DNA of 49,551 bases from Octopus bimaculoides (GCF_001194135.2 NC_068983.1:105882808-105932358); one strand, 5' to 3'; positions 11,173-23,640 are shown, counted from the stretch's first letter. Made by a program: numbers and translations. Notes: a model not told the origin generated them from the sequence alone.

Positions 11173-11877
11173 TGTTAATTAAATTCGTTTTTCTCCATCA
11201 TTCATATCTTTTCACGCACGCACGCACACACACAGATTGCTATCGTTAAAAATATATCCAATCAACTATCAGTAGAATATACTGAATGCCGTTGGAAGCG
11301 GAAACAAAATTTTGGGGTGAAGCATCTTTAAAAAGTTATTTTGGAACCGCTTTACTTGAGTGGTTTAGACTTTAGGCGAATAAAGTCTCGCCTAAAATTT
11401 TGAAGTGGTTAAGGAAACAAAGTGTGTCAGTGCAATGACAAAGTGGGTTGCGTAAATCTTAATAACACGGATAGGTTGAGGTAAAATTATGACGACTTTT
11501 AGTAACTCTTTGTATAGAACAAAGTAAAGAAACTGGTACGTGACTAAGGAGGAAATACCCAGCGACACGTGCTACCATGAAAACTTAATAGTGAAGTGGA
11601 GCTAGCATACACACACAGTTATATATATATATNNNNNNNNNNNNNNNNNNNNNNNNNNNNNNNNNNNNNNNNNNNNNNNNNNNNNNNNNNNNNNNNNNNN
11701 NNNNNNNNNNNNNNNNNNNNNNNNNNNNNNNNTAATAATAATAATAATAATAATAAAGAGATGATGAAAGATTGGAAGTTATAAATGAGTGGTTAAGCTT
11801 TTCTGTCTGTCTCACGCACACATGCACGAACACGTGTCTTATTCATCCTGCTTATACAACACTGTACACACACACAT

Positions 11878-13036
11878 TAGGTCATCCCATAAATAATGCG
11901 GGTTTTTTCGGTTGCATGAACTAAAAGTCCGAGTGGGAAGGGATAAACCACCTGCATCAACTTGCTACAAAAGCAGGTAGTAATTTGAAGAGTGCAATTC
12001 GACTTTAACAGTTATATTTTCAAAGCTATGATGGAAGTGACAAAGGAGCATATTTAGTATATTTTGCTTTATGAGTTCAATAAAAGCAACACCGCAACGG
12101 AAAGTGCGAGGAATATGAATGCAGTATATGGAGATCGGACAATAAGCGTAAGCCAGTGTTAACGGTGGTTCGAGAAATTCCGAGCCGGAAACTACAGCCT
12201 AGAAGACCTTCAAACGCTGGTGGAACAAAATCCCATCGCAACTGTTGAAGATCTAGCAGAGAAGTTTGGATCTCGTCGTTTACCCATTCATCGACATCTG
12301 CGTGCCATCGGAAAAGTCAGCATATTGGGTCAATGGGTTCCTCACAAACTTTCCGAGTGTAATCGCGCGCAGAGAGTGAATGTGTGCTCTTCTTTGTTTT
12401 CACACCTCACGAATGAACCTTTTTTGAACTGAATAGTGACTGGTAACGGGAAATGGGTTCTCTATAAAATTGTGAAGCGCCGAAGACAGTGGGTAGGGAA
12501 AGGAGAAACATTGGCTAAAGGTTGTTACCTGTTTGGTGGGATATGAAAGGTTTAGTCCACTTTGAACTTTTAAACCAGAAGATAACTAAGAAGATCTACT
12601 ACAAGCAGCCTGAGCGCTAGAAGAAAAACGACATCTTTGGTTTCAAGACGAAAGGTGGTCTTTCATCAGGATAATGCTTGGCCACATACAGCGAGGATGA
12701 CATTCCAAAGGCTGGAGCAGTTTGAATGGGAAACGATGCCCCACTCACAATATTTGCCAGATATTGCCCCATCAGATTATCATTTATTCTGCAGTCTTCA
12801 AAATCATTTAGACGGAAAAAAACATGAATTCTCTAGATGAAGTCAGAACAGTAATGGAGGATTATTTTTCGTCACGGACATGTGAATTTTGTAAGAGAGG
12901 CCTTGCAAGTCTACCAGATAGATGGAAGAGTATTGTAGAAAATGAAAGAGAGTATATTTTAGATTAAAAAAGAACTTTGTTTATCTTAATTTCGAAAAAT
13001 AAAAGTACAAAAAACCGCATTGTTTATGGGATGACC

Positions 13037-13039
<3 letters not shown>
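11878..13039 (+). mobile_element. Mariner (DD34D-type) DNA transposon, both TIRs present, transposase pseudogenised
   Basis: TIRs TA-GGTCATCCCATAAATAATGCGG and CCGCATTGTTTATGGGATGACCC-TA. Relic ORF about 12031-12967 with WVPHKL, IVTGNGKW (first catalytic D mutated to N), FHQDNAWPH and YLPDIAPSDYHLF, with multiple stops and frameshifts. Confidence 0.93.
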
Positions 13040-13068
<29 letters not shown>

Positions 13069-14804
13069 ATATCTATCTACATACATACATACATACACAC
13101 ACAGTAGAATATACCGGAAAAGTTAGTATGCGCAGAGCAGGCGCCACAGTGTTCATCCGTCAATACCACTCCTTCAATATGTGTCCGCTTTTCCCAGGCA
13201 TACAATGAGGGCCTTCTCCAAATTTTCTCATAACAACCTCTAGCCATCATCTTCATTATTCCAACAGGAAATATAGTGTCGAAAAATTATGATTAACCCT
13301 TTGCCTGTCTAATGTATCGTGTTACGTAGGACATATTTCTCTGGCGCCCATGTATCATTTATGATACGCATTCCCAATTTGTTTTCAACCACTAGAGTGA
13401 TTAGGGACTTAGGAAAAAAAATCTTATTATTTAGAATGTATGAAACAAGAGTAACACGCCCATATGTATAACACTGCACGTCGTTCATATCTTCCTTCTA
13501 GCGAGTAGAACTTCAGTTCCTTTAGTTTCTCCCAGATCGTGCTTCACCGAATCAACCCTCTTTGCTTAGTGGCACTAATATTTTGGTTATTATGTCCAGT
13601 GATTTGAACTGTTAATTTTTGTATTGCCTGAAATTATATATGAAGTACAGCTACTTTAAAATAACCCCAATTACTACTATAGGCCTTATGCACGAAGAAA
13701 GATGGATGCCAGCTTGTAATGTTCAAAGGCAGGTTTACCATTTGGCCGGTTCTCTTTTGTCTCTTACTTAATGAAGAGCCAATGGATATATTTTCTAAAG
13801 CACGGCTCTCATAACTTAGAGTTCCACCATATCTATAACCAACCCTGGTTGAAACACACTTTATAGGGAAGGATAAAAATAAAACAGAGAGTTGTGTTTT
13901 GGTTAAATTAAAAATAAATCTTCAGAAATATGAAGAAAACCTCCCCTTCGAAAAGCGAATAATGGTCTTAAAGATTTAGTGACAATAACTAAATTAGGCT
14001 CTGTTTCAAAAGCTCTGTGCGCCCTTTGATGGTAGATAAACCCAAGTAACTTACAGATGTATTGCCACCTAAAATGAAGTGTAAATAACTAACAGGACGT
14101 GGAAGAAATGCTTTTATAGAGTTGTTTAATTTGATAACGTTAGTTAGAAATCGCGTGTGGTCGTTATTTTTGTTAAACGGCCCTTTCCACATGAGCTGTC
14201 TTTTTAATTCTGAATCAACAACAGCATTTGGAAAATGGTGTGTATGTATGTTCTTGTAGCTCAGATATTGTCTTTTGAGAAGGGGTGGTTGAGTGTATGT
14301 GAAAGGGAGAGAGAGCATTACACACATACATATTAGACACTAAACATAAGTAACGTAAGTAGTATATATACATATACACATTGCGCTCGATTGCCTTTTG
14401 TTGGCCTTGGTACAATAATTCTTCTGACTTACCGTTTACATTTCTTGACACAAGTTGAAATACCCATGCCACACACACACACACACACACACACACTCCA
14501 AACAAGAAATATTGTAATTTCACATATATAAGGCTGCCTAACCCCATAGTATACAATAAACACAACGTTCTCGTATTTATTTATGTAGCATGTCGACCCA
14601 CCGCCACGTTTATCTATATTATACATCATTATTATTCTAACAAGTTTCCAACTGTACCTCTACACTAAAGACAAATGAAAAATAAATACGCCCTTATCAT
14701 GCATGTATTTAGACACCATTTTTTCAATGTTTTTTTTTCCTTGTTCTATTGTTTTCATCTATTGCCCGAACTGTGCGCGTGCGCGCGCGTATATATGTAT
14801 AAAA

Positions 14805-15003
14805 GGCAGTGAGCTGGCAGAATCATTGGCGCGTCGGAGAAAGTGCTCAATGGCATTTCTTCCGGCCCATTATGTTCCGATTTCAAATCCCATGGAAGTC
14901 AACTTTACTTTCATCCTTTCGGGGTCGATAAAATACAAGTACTGGATTCGATGCAATCGACTTGCTCTTCCTCCTCAAAATTGCTAGCCTTATGTCAAAT
15001 ATA
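14805..15003 (+). mobile_element. tRNA-derived SINE, family A
   Basis: gagctggcagaatc A-box and the shared body ttcatcctttcggggtcgataaaata..agtac. Confidence 0.8.
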
Positions 15004-15672
15004 CGTATTGCTTCGAGGCAGTATACTTTTATCATTATCTCAAAAGTACATAGACTAGGAATTCTTTAGGAAAAGAAATCCATGCTCTGAAAGCATAAGA
15101 GATGGTTAAAATGTGTGTAGCAAGTGGTTGATTCGTTTGGGTGTAAGCTTAGTCAGCAGGCTATAGCAAACGTGGTATTAAGCAATTAACAACAGGAGAT
15201 ATATAGATAGATAGATAATGAGGAAGTAGGGTGCACAGAGTGACAATGGGATCAACCAAACACGCCTTCCCTTAGTGTCTTTACCTAAAATCACTCTGTT
15301 GTGGTTTTGCTGTATATATTTGGCTGTTCAGAACAAGCCTTGGCCCGATCAAACTCACAAGTCTGGGAGAGCCCAAAAAAGGTCATGGGTCACTATGTCT
15401 CTTATTATTTAAAACAGTAAGGTGTGATTTTAATGGATATTTAGTTGCTATTTCTAGCAGGTTGCGTGACTAGATAGAGCTCCCACTCCCTATTCCCTGT
15501 GCGCGCGCACACACAGACACACTGACGCACCTAATTTAAATAAGAAGACTGTTTCAAAAACGTTCACTGACAATTGGTTAATATCCTCTCTGAAGTAACA
15601 ATGACGCTTATGTAAACGTTTCTATTACTAATAACAATGCTATTACTTTAATAATATTTTACTAACAACAAA

Positions 15673-16110
15673 GGCAACGAGCTAGAAGAATGGTTAGTGC
15701 GCCGGAAAAAAATGTTTAACAGCATTTCATCCTTCTTTACGTTCTGAGTTCAAATTCCACAACTTTGCCATTCGGGATCGATAAAATGAGTACCAGTTGA
15801 GCACTGGGGTTAATGTGATGGACTTATTTTCTCCCCGAAATTACTGCCAAATTTTGAAATCAATATTTCATTAGCAATAGAACAAGAGGTGTAAAGGCGG
15901 CGAGCTGGTAAAATCGTTAGCACGCCGGACAAAATATCTAGCGACATTTTGTCTGTCTTTACATTCTGAAATCAAATTCCGCCGAGATCGACGTTGCTTT
16001 TTAACCTTTCGAGGTCGATAAAATAAATATTAGCTTAATACAGGGATCGACATCATCGACTGCCCTTTTTATCCCAAATTTCCAGCTTTGTGCCTATAGT
16101 AGAAAAAATA
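15673..16110 (+). mobile_element. Two tandem family-A SINEs (about 15673-15865 and 15896-16110)
   Basis: Each has the gagct.g..aat.gttag head, gttcaaattcc-like B-box and gtcgataaaat body. Confidence 0.8.
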
Positions 16111-16112
16111 TT

Positions 16113-16902
16113 GCGTGGGTGTGTGGTAAGAAGTTTTCTTCCCAACCACATCGTTCCAGGTTCAGTCTCACTGGGTGGCGTCTTAGGCAAGTGTCTTCTA
16201 CCATAGCCTGTGTCGACCAAAGCCTTGTGAGTGAATTTGGTAGTTGGAAATTGAAAGACCGTCTTGTGTGTATGTGTGTGGTTGTCCCCATTACACAACC
16301 TGACAACGGGTATTGGATTGTTTACGTCCCCGTAACTTAACTATAGAATAAATACCATACTCTTTTATACTCTTTTACTTGTTTCAGTCATTTGACTGCG
16401 GCCATGCTGGGGTACCGCCTTTTAGTCGAGCAAATCGACCCCAGGATTTATTCTTTGTAAGCCTAGTACTTATTCTATCGGTCTCTTTTTGCCGAACCGC
16501 TAAGTTACGGGGACGTAAACACACCAGCATCGGTTGTCAAGCGAAGCTGGGGGGACAAACACAGACACACAAACATACACACACACACACACACATACAC
16601 ATACATATANNNNNNNNNNNNNNNNNNNNNNNNNNNNNNNNNNNNNNNNNNNNNNNNNNNNNNNNNNNNNNNNNNNNNNNNNNNNNNNNNNNNNNNNNNN
16701 NNNNNNNNNNNNNNNNNNNNNNNNATATATATATATATACAACGGGCTTCTTTCAGTTTCCGTCTACCAAATCCACTCACAAGGCTTTGGTCGGCTCGAG
16801 GCTATAGTAGAAGACACTGTCCCAAGGTGCCACGCAGTGGGACTGAACCCAGAACCATATGGTTGGTAAGCAAGCTACTTACCACACAGCCACTCCTGCG
16901 CC
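16113..16902. mobile_element. Convergent pair of family-B SINEs (about 16113-16345 on +, 16360-16902 on -)
   Basis: ccaaagccttgtgagtgaatttggtag (16218) is the near reverse complement of ctaccaaatccactcacaaggctttgg (about 16765). Both copies carry tRNA-like heads facing outward. Confidence 0.85.
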
Positions 16903-17164
16903 TTACTTAAAGATAAATACTGAGGTCGATTTGTTCGACTAAAAACACTTCAAGGAGTTGCTTCAGTATGACCACCGTACAAAAACTGAAACAAGTGAAA
17001 GATAAAAGATCAACGTAACCGTTGTTTGTCAGGCGATGGCATCCTGAATCATTCTCTAAACACTTCTATTTTTCTACACCAACCTATCTACGTATATTTA
17101 CAGTATGACGCATTCATCACTACTTTGGCAAGTTCGCTATGCTTTTCGTTAATGAGGTCATAAT

Positions 17165-18925
17165 AATTGTTTCTAATTTTGGCAAAAGGCCAAAAATTTT
17201 AAGGAAAGGGGGTTGGTCGATTACATCAACCCTGGTACTTGACCGGTGCTTTATATCATAAACCCCAAAAGGCTGAAAGGCAAAGATGACCTCGGTGAGA
17301 TTTCTACTTAGAACATAAAGAGCCGGAAGAAATGCCGCAAAGCATTTTCTCCGACACGCTAATGATTCTGTAGTTCATTGCTTTGATGATAATAATTATA
17401 ATGGTTTCAAATTTTGGCACAAGGTCAGTAATTTTAGAGAGAGAGGTTAGTCGATTACACTGACATTAGTACTTGATAAGTGCTTTATTTTCATCAACTC
17501 CAGAATGCAAAGATGATCTTCGCAGGACTTCAACTTGAAACGTAAAGGGCTAGAACTAATATCACAAGTCATTTTATCTAACGCTTTAACAATTCTGACA
17601 AACCACCGTCAATAATGAGAATAATAATCCTTTCTACTAAAGGGACAAGGCCTGAAATTTTGTGGGAGGGAACTCGTCGATTACACCGACCTCAATATTT
17701 CACTGGTCTTTATTTTATCGACCCCAAAAGGATGAATGGTAAAGTCGATCTCGGCCGAATTTGAACTCAGAACGTGAAGAGGGACGAAATGCCGCTAAGT
17801 ATTTTGCTCGGCGTGCTAACGATTCTGCCGGCGAGCCGGCAGAGGGCCGGTAAGTTTAGGAGGAGCAAGTTAGTTCATTATATCGGCCCTAATACTTAAT
17901 TAGAGCCATCTTTATCGACCACGAAAGAGTGAAAAAAAACAAAGTCGACCGTGGTGGTATTTAAAACCAGCGTATAAAGAGCCGTAAGAAATACGCGCTA
18001 ATTTTGTCCTACGCGCTAATGATTCTGCCAGCTCACCACCTTGTTGCTGTTGTTGATGATGATCTTTTCTATTATATTTTAGGAAGAGGCGGATAGTCGA
18101 TTACATCGGTTTCAGGGCTCAACTGGTACTTATTTTACCGACTCCGAAACGAGGAAAGGCAGAGTGGATCACAGCGAAATTTGAACTCAAAACAACGCGA
18201 AGAGCCGGAAGAAATGCTGCATTGCATTTTATTCGGTGCACTAACGATTCTGGCAATCCACCACCGATGATGATGGGGTTGATAAAGCCTGAAATTTTAG
18301 AGGATTACATCGACGCCAGTGATCGACTGGTACTTAACTTGATCGACTTTAATAACGAAACATATCCACTAATTTATTAATTCTTCCTCATCATATAATT
18401 ATTTCTAGCTAGCGCTTGAATGCTCCCTACATTAAACAACCAAAGCAGCATGATATTAACCTGTCTTAAGGCCCAACAGAGTCGTAGATCAGTTGTTTTT
18501 AACGCTATCTTTTTATAGTTGCGTATTGGAGCTGCAAAGTAAAACTTCTTGTACAACAAACCAAGATCGCATGCTTTATTTCATAAAAAATAAAGAAAAA
18601 ATATTTTTAAAGTTGCAGATTGTGTTGGAAAATAACCTAAAACGAAAATGTTGTCAATAAATTTCTTTTCTACTCTAGGCACAAGGCCCGAAATTTTTGG
18701 GAAGGGGACAAGTCGATTAGACCAACTCCAGTACGCACAACTGGTACTTATTTTATCGACCCCGAAAGGATGAAAAGCAAAGTCGACCTCGGCGGAATTT
18801 GAACTCTGAACGTAAAGACAGACGAAATATCGCAAAGCANNNNNNNNNNTCTGAACGTAAAGACAGACGAAATATCGCAAAGCATTTCGCCCGGCGTGCT
18901 AACGTTTCTGCCAGCTCGCCGCCTT
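17165..18925 (-). mobile_element. Head-to-tail cluster of family-A SINEs (five near-full copies in 17165-18265, a fragment at 18280-18350, another copy at 18662-18925)
   Basis: The unit ...gtcgattacatcgac...aactggtacttattttatcgacc...aaagtcgacctcggcggaatttgaactc...aacgattctgccagctc recurs about every 200-220 bp, separated by (AAT)/(GAT)-type tails. Confidence 0.85.
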
Positions 18926-20884
18926 AATGTTGTGAATAAATTAACACACACACACACACGTATACACTCACACTCATATATAAGAATTGCTGGTAGGTCG
19001 TTTCCACTTCACCTTGTTGATAATTTAATATGATGGATAGGATTCTTACGTCTAGGATGTAAAAATAGAGCAAATGCAACTCAACCTGGTAACTCTCTGC
19101 TATGGCCATATCGCTTTAAAGGAGTGTCATATCAACGATTGGTAGATTATAAGCTTACTAACTTAAATAATTTCAACAAATCATCGTTTATATCTGTGAA
19201 GATATCTTAAACCTAATTTAAAGTGTTGAGAAAGTGGGCATCATTTGAGAAACATGATAATGACTAACGCCATTCTATTTTTACACTGGGATCACAACAG
19301 AGATATGCTGAAATATATAACAGATCTACTTAAATACTTTATTGTGTCTAGGGAGAGTCGTTCTCTTCTAGAGCCTTATTATTTAACACACTCACCGGTT
19401 CGATTTCCGCTCATTTACAAATTTATTTTTTCTAAAAATTTTCGTCGCTTCTTGGCCCCTTTTCAATAGTCGTTGACTCTCTTGTTATTCAGAAAGTCGG
19501 TCGCATCATTTAAAAAACAACTTAACGACTGACTACCTAGTTTCATGACATTGTCTCATATTCTGCACACTGTATCACCTGCCCAAAACAAATCCTAATA
19601 CGTAAATTGAAGCTATAAATACCTTCGCAAATGTAATGATAAGCAATGATACTTTAAGACTCAATTTAAGTTTGTGGTTTACTTAGTTACTATTACTTAG
19701 CCCTCGAGAAGAGAAGCTATTACAAGTTTTTCAGACTAGTGAGGTCGATGCAGGTTATGTTTCATCGTGAACAGTGAGAAAACGTGTTTAGTTTGCAGGA
19801 AAGGGGAGGAAGCAGTAAATTATGAGATAGGGGAGGAGAAATTAGTGTATGAGAATAACTTAAGCGGAATGATTTACCTCTTGCTAGTTTGGAAGGGCAA
19901 AAATTAAAAAGTTTATTTCATAGTAAACTTGGAATTTTGTTGCGAATATCATCTAGACCTGATTGTAAACACGTCATATATTAGTTAAGAATTGTTGCAT
20001 AAGACCAGCATTGGTTAGTTTAAAAGACAACGAATATCAAAATTAAATTTGATGACTTAATCTAATTTATATTTATATATAACCTTCCATTCAGTCAGCC
20101 ATTGTCAAGTCCTACATAATAACTTTGAGGCTGGGAGGCATAACATTTTTGTCACATTTTATCAAAAGAATAACCTTAAATTTGCCTTGACACTGATAAC
20201 AAGAACGACATTGTTTTAAATAGATGAAAGACAAGAAGATATTTCAATTACAATTTCCATAGCTTGGAGATATAAATACTTCACGATTACAAACGACATT
20301 TGAAACTTAATAAAATCCTTGGTAACTGCATTTATATGCTTTTTATGACGTCAACATAAACACCCAAATGACTTCATGAGAAAATTACGGACAACTGAAG
20401 GAAATTATCTCTTAAATAACAGGTAAATGTTTGTCACAAATTTTGGCAGTTTTAATGAAGGAGTAACGAACCGCTAAAATAAATAAAGAAATTAGCTTTT
20501 AAAGAAATCCCAATATTGCTTTATTGGTAGAGTGATTTGCGTATATTATTTAAATATATGTCCAAAATGTTTAGTTCTTACTGATGGAAGGAGGCACATA
20601 GTTGTCACTATTACATCATACTTTCTTTTCTTAGTATAATTCAATGCTGCTTCGACTGCAATATTGTCTTCGTTCGCCATCAAGTCCTATGTACCTATGA
20701 TTAAGCTAGGACTGAAGCCAGAAGCCTTTATTTCACATAGGGTTCTGTAAGATTGTAGATAGCATTGATATCTGATGGTGAATGGAAACTATACGGTTTG
20801 TAAACCTGTGTTTAATCAAAAAATGATTCTAGCAGACTTAACAACCTTAACTCCAAGCAATACAAATAACACTATTCTTTAAAA

Positions 20885-21042
20885 TAGTGTTTCTCAAAAT
20901 ATAGGGTACCCACTGCCACCGGTAGGGTGTGGCAATGCTTTGGTGAGGCGGGTTTACTTCAGATGGCATGTAAGTAACAAGTATATAAGAGTCACAATAA
21001 AATCAGAGTGAGACGCGAGACAAAAAGGGTTGAGGAACATTG
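20885..21042. mobile_element. hAT (Charlie-like) MITE
   Basis: TIRs TAGTGTTTCTCAA and TTGAGGAACATTG; degenerate 8-bp flanks CTTTAAAA / CTCTAATG. Confidence 0.6.
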
Positions 21043-21297
21043 CTCTAATGCATAAGTGCAAATGATACTACTCTTTGATCTTAACCATAAGGCCGAGAAG
21101 CCTTATAATCGGTTGGTTCAACATAACCCAGGACTGTCTACCAGAAATATACTGTAATCGAATCAATCATATGCGGCACTTTTACAAAATATTCCGTGCT
21201 TCAGAAATCTCTTTTCCGTCTTATACACACGCACACACACACACACACAATCTCACGCGCGCGCGCTAGTAAAGTGTTCTGCTTTAACTTAGGGAGT

Positions 21298-21356
21298 TGT
21301 AAACAGATAGCTACTTCTATGACGTCATAAAGAAGAGATGATGTCAAGTGTAAACA
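21298..21356. promoter_or_regulatory. Candidate intronic enhancer: Forkhead site - CRE palindrome - Forkhead site
   Basis: TGTAAACA (21298-21305), TATGACGTCATA (21318-21329), TGTAAACA (21349-21356). Motif match only. Confidence 0.35.
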
Positions 21357-21769
21357 AACAAATCTGTATCTTACTCGAATATTGAGATTAATCGTCAGTT
21401 AACTATTCTATAGAAAGACAGAAATTATATTGCTAATGATTTCAATAGCTGTATCTCCTGAAAAGTCATGAAGTCCACTGGGTATATATTTTTCTAAATT
21501 CTCTAGTTTCTTTCAGTGAAAATGTTGCATCTCAATGAACCTTCAGTTTTAAGGACAATAAAAGCGTGAACTGCTGTAAATCTAAAGTAATTTTCTTAAA
21601 CTCTGTTTCTTGTTTTGAATTCTGAAAGCCAAAAGCATGAAAGGCAGCAATCATTTAAAAAAAAAATCAGATCTCAGACTAAGAAACCAACCAATATGTT
21701 CTAATAGAAAACGCATTAAAAAAATTGAAATGTTCACCAAGAACTGGCATACTATAATCATTTGTAGAA

Positions 21770-21985
21770 GGCAACGAGCTGGCAGAACTGTTAGAACGTT
21801 GGACAAATCGCTTAGTGGCATTTCTTCTGACTCTTTACGTTCAAGCTTCAAATTCCACCAAGGTCGATTTTGCTTTTCATCCTTTCGCGGGTGATAAAAT
21901 AAGTACCAATTGAACACTGGGAGTCGATGTAACCGACTAACCTCCTCCCTCCAAAACTGCAGTCATTGGGCCAAAATTTAAAGCT
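21770..21985 (+). mobile_element. tRNA-derived SINE, family A
   Basis: ggcaacgagctggcagaac head, ttcaaattcc B-box and shared body. Confidence 0.85.
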
Positions 21986-22091
21986 ATTATCATTCATGGT
22001 GTTCCACAGGAGAAAATATAAGCCTGACAAATGCTTTGATAGCTTGGTGAGTTCAAAAACTTTTAATAAATGAATTCGGAGGGTGATGCGC

Positions 22092-22141
<50 letters not shown>

Positions 22142-22394
22142 AGAGAGAGACAGCGCTCCGCCATGATACACTCCATAAAATATCTGACCAGCAAAGTCGA
22201 CAGCAGCTACATGAAGAGATTGTTCTTTTGTAACTCTCAGTTAAGCCTTTCAACCTTGGACATTCCATTTTTATAGCGATATCTAGGGTTGTCATTATCT
22301 ACTCTGCTTTTCTCCGTTTCAAGATTTGGCTACCGTTTCTAGTAGGTTGTTTCAATTGCTTTGAGGCGAACAAGAAAAAAAAAAAAGATTTCTA

Positions 22395-22560
22395 GCATTT
22401 TCATGTCATAAAAGTACAACCTTGGGTGGGGCGAGGTGGGGGCTCTAGTCGATATTAAGTCGATCTCGGTACTTAATTGCGATTTTTATTTATATATTGA
22501 ACCGTGGATGAATGAAAGGGAAAGTTGACATTAACGAGATTTGAACTCAAAACATAAGGA
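22395..22560 (-). mobile_element. Degenerate family-A SINE
   Basis: Contains gatttgaactcaaaac and gaatgaaagggaaagttgac, homologous to the other minus-strand copies. Confidence 0.6.
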
Positions 22561-22918
22561 GCGTAACTATCCTAATGTATTTAATTCGTTGCTCTCGAGT
22601 TAACAAAGAAACCACCCCCTATATTTGGTCGTTAGAGTTGCTAGAAATAGCAACAGAATCTCCCTCAAATAACACCTAACCGTGTTAAAAAGACGAGATG
22701 GTCATAATTGGAATGCTTCAAAACAAGTAGACACAATTTCTAACATGAAAAAGATTTAAGAAATGAGATGGTAATAGATGGCTGAAAGAGGAGGTGGGGA
22801 GAGAACGAAAAGAAAAAAAAAAGATGAAGTAGAGGTGGAAGAGGAAGAGAAGAAAGCAAAGAGAATGAGGAAGAAGGAAGGAAGGAAAAGAAAGAGGAGG
22901 ACGAGATGTTTGTGTTAC

Positions 22919-23098
22919 CTTTATGTCGATTCCACTCATGGGAAACAGTCTGGAACATTGATCCAAACCAACCGTAGACATACGGTCGTCCATATTTTCC
23001 TCGATCGAATCGTCTCGGAATTTTCGAAATATCGAACTTTTCCCAACACCGTATTCTCCACAGAGAATAATTTTGTAATGAGGTGGTCCCGTTGCCAT
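22919..23098 (-). CDS. RabX6: Coding exon 1 (aa 1-60) of a Rab-like small GTPase, RabX6 type
   Basis: ATG at 23098 in good context (aactATGG). Encodes MATGPPHYKIILCGEYGVGKSSIFRKF...STVGLD...GIDIK with the G1 P-loop GEYGVGKS and the G2 Thr. Ends at a phase-0 donor AAG|GTAACA (22918). The ILCGEYGVGKSS / STxGLD / DTGGMER / SSYY / AKIFLCGN signature matches RabX6 as I recall it; the symbol is a family-level call, not search-confirmed. Confidence 0.9.
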
Positions 23099-23119
23099 AG
23101 TTACCGGAGGAAGTTGGAA

Positions 23120-23150
23120 CTAGAAAAAAAGAAAAGAAAAAAAAATCAAT
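23120..23150 (-). promoter_or_regulatory. Candidate 3' splice site upstream of the GTPase start codon
   Basis: Minus strand reads a long T/C tract ...ttttcttttctttttttctag|TTCCAAC, with AG at 23121-23120, 21 nt before the ATG. Confidence 0.6.
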
Positions 23151-23394
23151 TGAAAAAATGTTAGAAATGTTAATTTAGCCGATGCTGTAAATTAATTACA
23201 ACCACGTGAATTGTGACCAAATTCTAATCTTATTCTTTGTTCTCTCCCCATTTTGGTGAAGTCTATTATTTTTATGAAATGGGGAAGAGGCCTGTAACAC
23301 TTGAAAGAAAGAACGGTCTTTTAAAGTCACAAAATAATGTTTAAATTCCTTAAATATTCCCCTCTCACTCTCTCTTTCTCATGTATCTTTATCT

Positions 23395-23640
23395 TTTGCT
23401 TGTTTCAGTCAAAGGACGGCGCCTGTACTGGGACACCGCATTGAAGGGTTTAGTCGAATAAATCAACATCCCTCTCCTGTCCTAATTCTATCGGTCTCTT
23501 TCGTATACGATGGGCTTCCACATATTGTATACGCCTACAAATTCACTCACAAAGCATTGGTCGACTCGAGACAATAAAAGACACTTGTTCAAGGTTCGCG
23601 CCGTGAGACTGAGCCCAAAACCAGATATTTGCAAATCGAG
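23395..23640 (-). mobile_element. Degenerate family-B SINE with an internal deletion
   Basis: tgtttcagtc...ttagtcga...tctatcggtctcttt...aattcactcacaaagcattggtc...gagactgagcccaaaacc. Confidence 0.7.

Larger units (their letters stand above)
4188..22918 (-). other. 18,731-bp GT-AG intron of the GTPase gene
   Basis: Bounded by GT at 22918-22917 and AG at 4189-4188. Phase compatible, and no G-domain segment is missing between the two exons. Confidence 0.85.

Noticed and set aside
13293-13380. TTAA-CCCTTT piggyBac-like terminus
   Set aside because: No matching opposite terminus was found nearby.
18805-18884. 35-bp exact duplication inside a SINE
   Set aside because: It also flanks a 10-N gap, so it is an assembly artefact.
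17165-18925. Regularly spaced repeats that might suggest a CRISPR-like array
   Set aside because: The units are about 200-bp diverged SINEs in eukaryotic DNA, with no short identical repeats, unique spacers or cas genes.
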